In this document: positions 31,529 to 35,178 of the stretch, one piece after another | Position numbering within the stretch: the stretch's first letter is position 1 | How the letters are laid out: every line of letters begins with the position of its first letter | DNA from: a virus | DNA length: 35,178 nucleotides | Direction: 5' to 3' (one strand) | IMG/VR virus record: IMGVR_UViG_3300021326_000002 | Notes under the pieces: generated by a model | Seen by the model: the letters and a program-made list of their open reading frames with translations, nothing else | The model's database searches: none | Told to the model about the DNA's origin: nothing | Made by a program: the position numbers and the translations under genes

Positions 31529-34383
31529 TATCCGAATACAACTCCCTTTCGTCTTATTTTGCTTTCGATCTTATACATGATAAGGTCTATAAAGTCGTCA
31601 ATGTCCTTTTCGGTCTTGTTTTCTATCTTGTCGATATTAACCGAAACGTCAATGTTAATGCTCGGCTTGCCCGCGTCGGTCGTCGGCACTACAATTTCGC
31701 GTACCGCCTGCCGTATGTAGTCAAGTAATACGCTTATAGGTGCGACGGCTTCCTCGCCTGCCTCGCCGCCTACCTTTGCCGTGCCTGCTTCGGGGTCAAT
31801 GTCAAATACGGTCGGCTTTTTCATTACCGCGCCTTTTGCGTACCATTCAATACCCAGCGACGGGATAGAGCCCTCGAGCAAGTCACCCAAGCTCCAGCCG
31901 GACGGGCTAATAGCAAAGTGCGGTAATTTGATTTGCGGCAACGATACATTGAAATTGAAAAATGACTTTATTTTGTCAATGGCATTTTTTACAACGTTTC
32001 GCACATTGTCGAAAATGTTTGTAAACGTCTGCTTGATATTGTTCAAGCGGTTTGTTACGGTGTTTTTGACGTTGTCAAGCCCGCTTGTAATGGTTGTTTT
32101 TATGGCGTTTATTATATTGCTTACTTTGTTTTTGATGTTGTCAAAAATACTTGTAAACTTCTGCTTGATATTGTCAAGGACATTTGAAACAACATTCTTG
32201 ATAGCGTTTAAGCCGTTAGTAAATATCTGCTTGTAAAAATTAAAGATATTCCCGAAAAACTGCTTAATGTCGTTAAAGATTTTTGTTACAATGTCCTTTG
32301 CCTTATTAAACGCCTCGTCCCAATTGCCTAAAAAGACGTCAAGTATTATTTCGACGATCTTATTAAACAATTCAACGGCTTTTTCATAATAGCCCTTTAA
32401 GGTGTCGGCGCAAAAGGCTAAAAACGTCATAATACCGTCTATCGCGGGTGTAAGTATGCTTACAACCGTTTCGACGATCTCCATTATAAACGCTATCAGT
32501 TCGGGCAAAATAGCGCTTATCAAGTCCATAAGCGGCGTTATCAGAATTAACAGAATGTCTAATAACGGCTGGATAACCGGCAATAGCTGCATTAACAAGT
32601 CTGTAAGTATCGGCAATACGCTTTCAATTATCTGCGTAAGCAGCGGCATACATTCTTGTATTAGCTGAATGATAACGGGTAATATTGCGTTTACTATTTC
32701 GGTTATCGTCGGCATTAACGCGTCGATAAGCTGCACGATCACGGGCAATATAGCCTCGATAATCTGCATAGCAAGCGGCAATATTGTATTTATCAAGTCG
32801 ATAAGTACGGGCAATACCGCGTCAATTATCTTTGTAAGCAGGGGCAAAACGGACTTGATAATGCTAACGAGCGACGGCAACAACGTTTTTATAAGGCGTG
32901 TTACGATCGGTAATATAGCGTTTATCAAATCGACAATGACGGGCAATACCGCGTCTATTATGTCGGTCAGTATCGGCAATATTTCCTCGATAACATCTAC
33001 CAATAGCGGCAAGATAGTTTCAACCACTTTCAAAAGCGGCGGTATTATCTGCTGTATCAGCTTAACGATAACAGGCAGCACCGCAGAAATAAGGCTTTGC
33101 GATGGCGGTAATAGCGTTTGTATCAAATCAAATAGTATCGGGAATACTGTATTAGTCAGTTCGATAAGCGGCGGCAATATGCCGTCAAATACGCTTGTCA
33201 GTATTGGAATAAATCCCTCGATCAGCTTTTGAACATTCGGTAAGTTGTCGGTAATAACTTCAATAGCCTGCTCAACTATCGGTATCAATGCTGTACCGAT
33301 CTGCTGCTTGATAAGTGCAAAATTGTTTTTTAGCTTGCCGAGCTTAGCATTGAGGGTGTCGCCCATTGTTTCAAACGCCTTTTGCGTTGCACCTGCCGAG
33401 GTCTGCATTTCGCCGAGAATGTTTGCGAAATCCTCTCCGCCGTCCTTGACCAGCGTCATTGCTGCTGCGCCTGCAAGCTGCTTGTTGAACATATCTTTAA
33501 GCGTCAAGCCTGCGTTGCCTGCATAATCATTAAGCATATTAAGCACATCGGCGGTGCTTTTGCCCTCGGCTTGCAGTTCCGCAAAGCTCTTGCCGGATAT
33601 TTCGCGTAAAGCCTTATCGGCTTTTGAGCCTGTTTTTGACAGTTCGCCGAGCATAGAGTTGATCTGCGTACCTGCCTGCGCTGTTGCGACGCCGTTTTTT
33701 GTCAGTACGGCGTACTGCGTTGACAGGTCGTCCATAGCAACGTTAGCACCCGACGCAATAGGTATCGTTTGACCTAATGATGCCGCTAGTTCGTCAACGG
33801 TAGTTTTACCGAGGTTCTGCGTAGTGATAAGCATATCCGAAATGTCGGTTGCTTTGTCGGCTTCTAAGCCATACGCATTAAGGGCTGTCGTAAGTACATC
33901 AACGGCGGTTGTTGTATCAGTAAAACCGCCCTTTGCCAGCTTAACGGCATTCGTTGTAAATTCTACTGCGTCAGCTTGATCTACCGAGGCAGATATAGCC
34001 GAGTATGTCGCATCGGAAAAATCAGAAAAAGCAACACCGGTTTCGCCGGAGGCTTTTATGATCTGGTCGTAAATGCCCTGTATATCTTCTTCCGTACCCG
34101 ATAATAGCGTTTTAACTTTCGCAAACGCCGTTTCTTGTTCGGCTGCGTCAGTAGCCATTTTATAAGCAGCGCCGCCGAGGGCGGTTGCAGCCGCAACGGT
34201 CATTGTTCCCATTGTTACGGCTGCATTGCCTATAGTGCTAAATGCTTTACCAATCTTTGAGCCTGCGCTTTCGCCCTTTTTGGTCGTTTCGTCTATGCTC
34301 TTGTCGGCTTCTTTGTTGTCAATGAATATAGTTCCAAATAGCGAAAAGATATTAGCCACGGTTGCGCCCCCTATCCGCCTCAA
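31528..34383 (-). CDS. Tape measure protein (951 aa; the true start may be the GTG at 34359)
   Basis: Largest helical protein downstream of the G/T chaperones, with 21 consecutive 11-residue repeats. Confidence 0.9.
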   Translation of the reverse strand: MRRIGGATVANIFSLFGTIFIDNKEADKSIDETTKKGESAGSKIGKAFSTIGNAAVTMGTMTVAAATALGGAAYKMATDAAEQETAFAKVKTLLSGTEEDIQGIYDQIIKASGETGVAFSDFSDATYSAISASVDQADAVEFTTNAVKLAKGGFTDTTTAVDVLTTALNAYGLEADKATDISDMLITTQNLGKTTVDELAASLGQTIPIASGANVAMDDLSTQYAVLTKNGVATAQAGTQINSMLGELSKTGSKADKALREISGKSFAELQAEGKSTADVLNMLNDYAGNAGLTLKDMFNKQLAGAAAMTLVKDGGEDFANILGEMQTSAGATQKAFETMGDTLNAKLGKLKNNFALIKQQIGTALIPIVEQAIEVITDNLPNVQKLIEGFIPILTSVFDGILPPLIELTNTVFPILFDLIQTLLPPSQSLISAVLPVIVKLIQQIIPPLLKVVETILPLLVDVIEEILPILTDIIDAVLPVIVDLINAILPIVTRLIKTLLPSLVSIIKSVLPLLTKIIDAVLPVLIDLINTILPLAMQIIEAILPVIVQLIDALMPTITEIVNAILPVIIQLIQECMPLLTQIIESVLPILTDLLMQLLPVIQPLLDILLILITPLMDLISAILPELIAFIMEIVETVVSILTPAIDGIMTFLAFCADTLKGYYEKAVELFNKIVEIILDVFLGNWDEAFNKAKDIVTKIFNDIKQFFGNIFNFYKQIFTNGLNAIKNVVSNVLDNIKQKFTSIFDNIKNKVSNIINAIKTTITSGLDNVKNTVTNRLNNIKQTFTNIFDNVRNVVKNAIDKIKSFFNFNVSLPQIKLPHFAISPSGWSLGDLLEGSIPSLGIEWYAKGAVMKKPTVFDIDPEAGTAKVGGEAGEEAVAPISVLLDYIRQAVREIVVPTTDAGKPSINIDVSVNIDKIENKTEKDIDDFIDLIMYKIESKIRRKGVVFG

Positions 34384-34669
34384 TGATCGGCATAAACTCG
34401 CTTATGATTTCCTCGCCTGTCCGGGGTGGTGCGGTCGCTGTGTGGCTTCTCTCCGTGCGCTTTGCGCCGCTGTTAAATGCTTTGTCGATATAGTCCGAAT
34501 AGCTTATGAAATCGGACTTGCTGCCGCCTTTAAGCTGGTGCAGCGCGCGCTCGGTAAGCCATAAAGGAAAAAGCCGCTTTTCTGTTTCGGCTTTTAGTTC
34601 CTCTTGCTCCCATTTCTGCGCCGCTGGTATCAGATACCCCAATGCGTCAAGCGGCAATTCTGAAATCAA
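34352..34669 (-). CDS. Tail assembly chaperone, gpT-like -1 frame segment (expressed as a G-T fusion)
   Basis: In the -1 frame relative to 34693-35064. That frame is open from the slippery site through to 34352. Confidence 0.65.
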   Translation of the reverse strand: MISELPLDALGYLIPAAQKWEQEELKAETEKRLFPLWLTERALHQLKGGSKSDFISYSDYIDKAFNSGAKRTERSHTATAPPRTGEEIISEFMPIIEADRGRNRG

Positions 34670-34692
34670 ATTCCAGTCATAATACTTTGTTA

Positions 34693-35064
34693 TTAGTCTG
34701 CACGTTTCGGCTTTACCTTGTCGTGTAGAGCACGCTTGAAAAAAACCGTCATGCCCTCGTCGTGTATGATCTCGTCGAGAACGGCGAACGTGTCAAGGTC
34801 GTTAGCCTCTTCGACGGTAACGCCCTTGTAGGCTGCTGCAAGCTCGGGCAAGAAATCCGCCACGGTGTCAAGCTGCGGGAGCAGCGCGCTAATTGCCGTT
34901 ACGGCAAGTTCGCCCGCCTTTTCGGTGGTAAGCTGCGCCAGCGCGTCCTCCTTGCTCTTTGCGTCGGTGAATATGTCCGCGTCCTTTAGGGTGTCAATTA
35001 CGGGTGTGAGGTCAAGCCTGCTTGTTATTCTCAAAAGTATCTGCAAAGATTTGATATTCAGCAT
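34693..35064 (-). CDS. Tail assembly chaperone, gpG-like (123 aa)
   Basis: Position between the major tail and tape measure genes. Acidic helical protein. Confidence 0.7.
   Translation of the reverse strand: MLNIKSLQILLRITSRLDLTPVIDTLKDADIFTDAKSKEDALAQLTTEKAGELAVTAISALLPQLDTVADFLPELAAAYKGVTVEEANDLDTFAVLDEIIHDEGMTVFFKRALHDKVKPKRAD
34738..34744 (-). other. Slippery heptamer T_TTT_TTC for programmed -1 frameshifting (G-T fusion of about 237 aa)
   Basis: The sense strand reads acg gtT TTT TTC aag, in the correct phase (X_XXY_YYZ), 15 codons before the gpG stop. Confidence 0.6.
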
Positions 35065-35178
35065 AATAAATAAACTCCTTATCTATTGATTTTTATGATT
35101 TAGGTAGTGCCGCCGCCGCTTGCAGCTTTGCGCATTTCAAAAGACGATACCTCGGTAACTTCCCACAAGTCGCCGTCG
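35052..35178. repeat. Second copy of the 127-bp terminal overlap (35100-35178 duplicates the 3' end of the major tail gene)
   Basis: Identical to bases 1-127. Confidence 0.9.

Noticed and set aside
1-35178. Search for tRNA, rRNA, tmRNA or CRISPR arrays
   Set aside because: Coding density is very high. The few non-coding gaps (7407-7498, 8152-8293, 9547-9775, 10409-10523, 17672-17846, 20685-20737, 23573-23860) show no cloverleaf-like or regularly spaced repeat structure.

Overview
This window is one complete temperate, siphovirus-type phage genome. Bases 1-127 are identical to 35052-35178, a circular-assembly overlap, so the unique length is 35,051 bp. Almost everything is on the minus strand. 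Read in the direction of transcription from about 17700 downwards, the order is: a Cro-like switch gene; an early region of small unknown genes with a ParB-like protein; a DNA methyltransferase, an HD hydrolase and an HUH Rep-like protein; a late activator; then HNH, TerS, TerL, portal, prohead protease, HK97-type capsid, head-tail joining genes and the major tail protein. Across the circular junction come the G/T tail chaperones, tape measure, Dit, a Tal-fibre fusion, a BppU-like protein, a receptor-binding protein, XkdX, holin and a GH25 endolysin. Only a three-gene lysogeny block is on the plus strand (17847-20684: CI-like repressor, lipoprotein moron, large serine integrase). The gene families and extended GGAG-type ribosome-binding sites suggest a Bacillota (Clostridia-like) host; that is inference. 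The main feature is a diversity-generating retroelement (DGR) at 22519-25732, ordered target gene with VR1, hairpin, avd, TR, spacer, reverse transcriptase. A second variable repeat (VR2) sits 12.4 kb away in a non-structural early-region gene (11102-11845). Both VRs differ from the TR only at TR adenines, and both are followed by a GC hairpin with a 4-nt loop. As sequenced, the RT is split by a frameshift at an A6 run. No tRNA, rRNA or CRISPR array was seen. Hand-derived coordinates of non-CDS features may be off by 1-2 nt.
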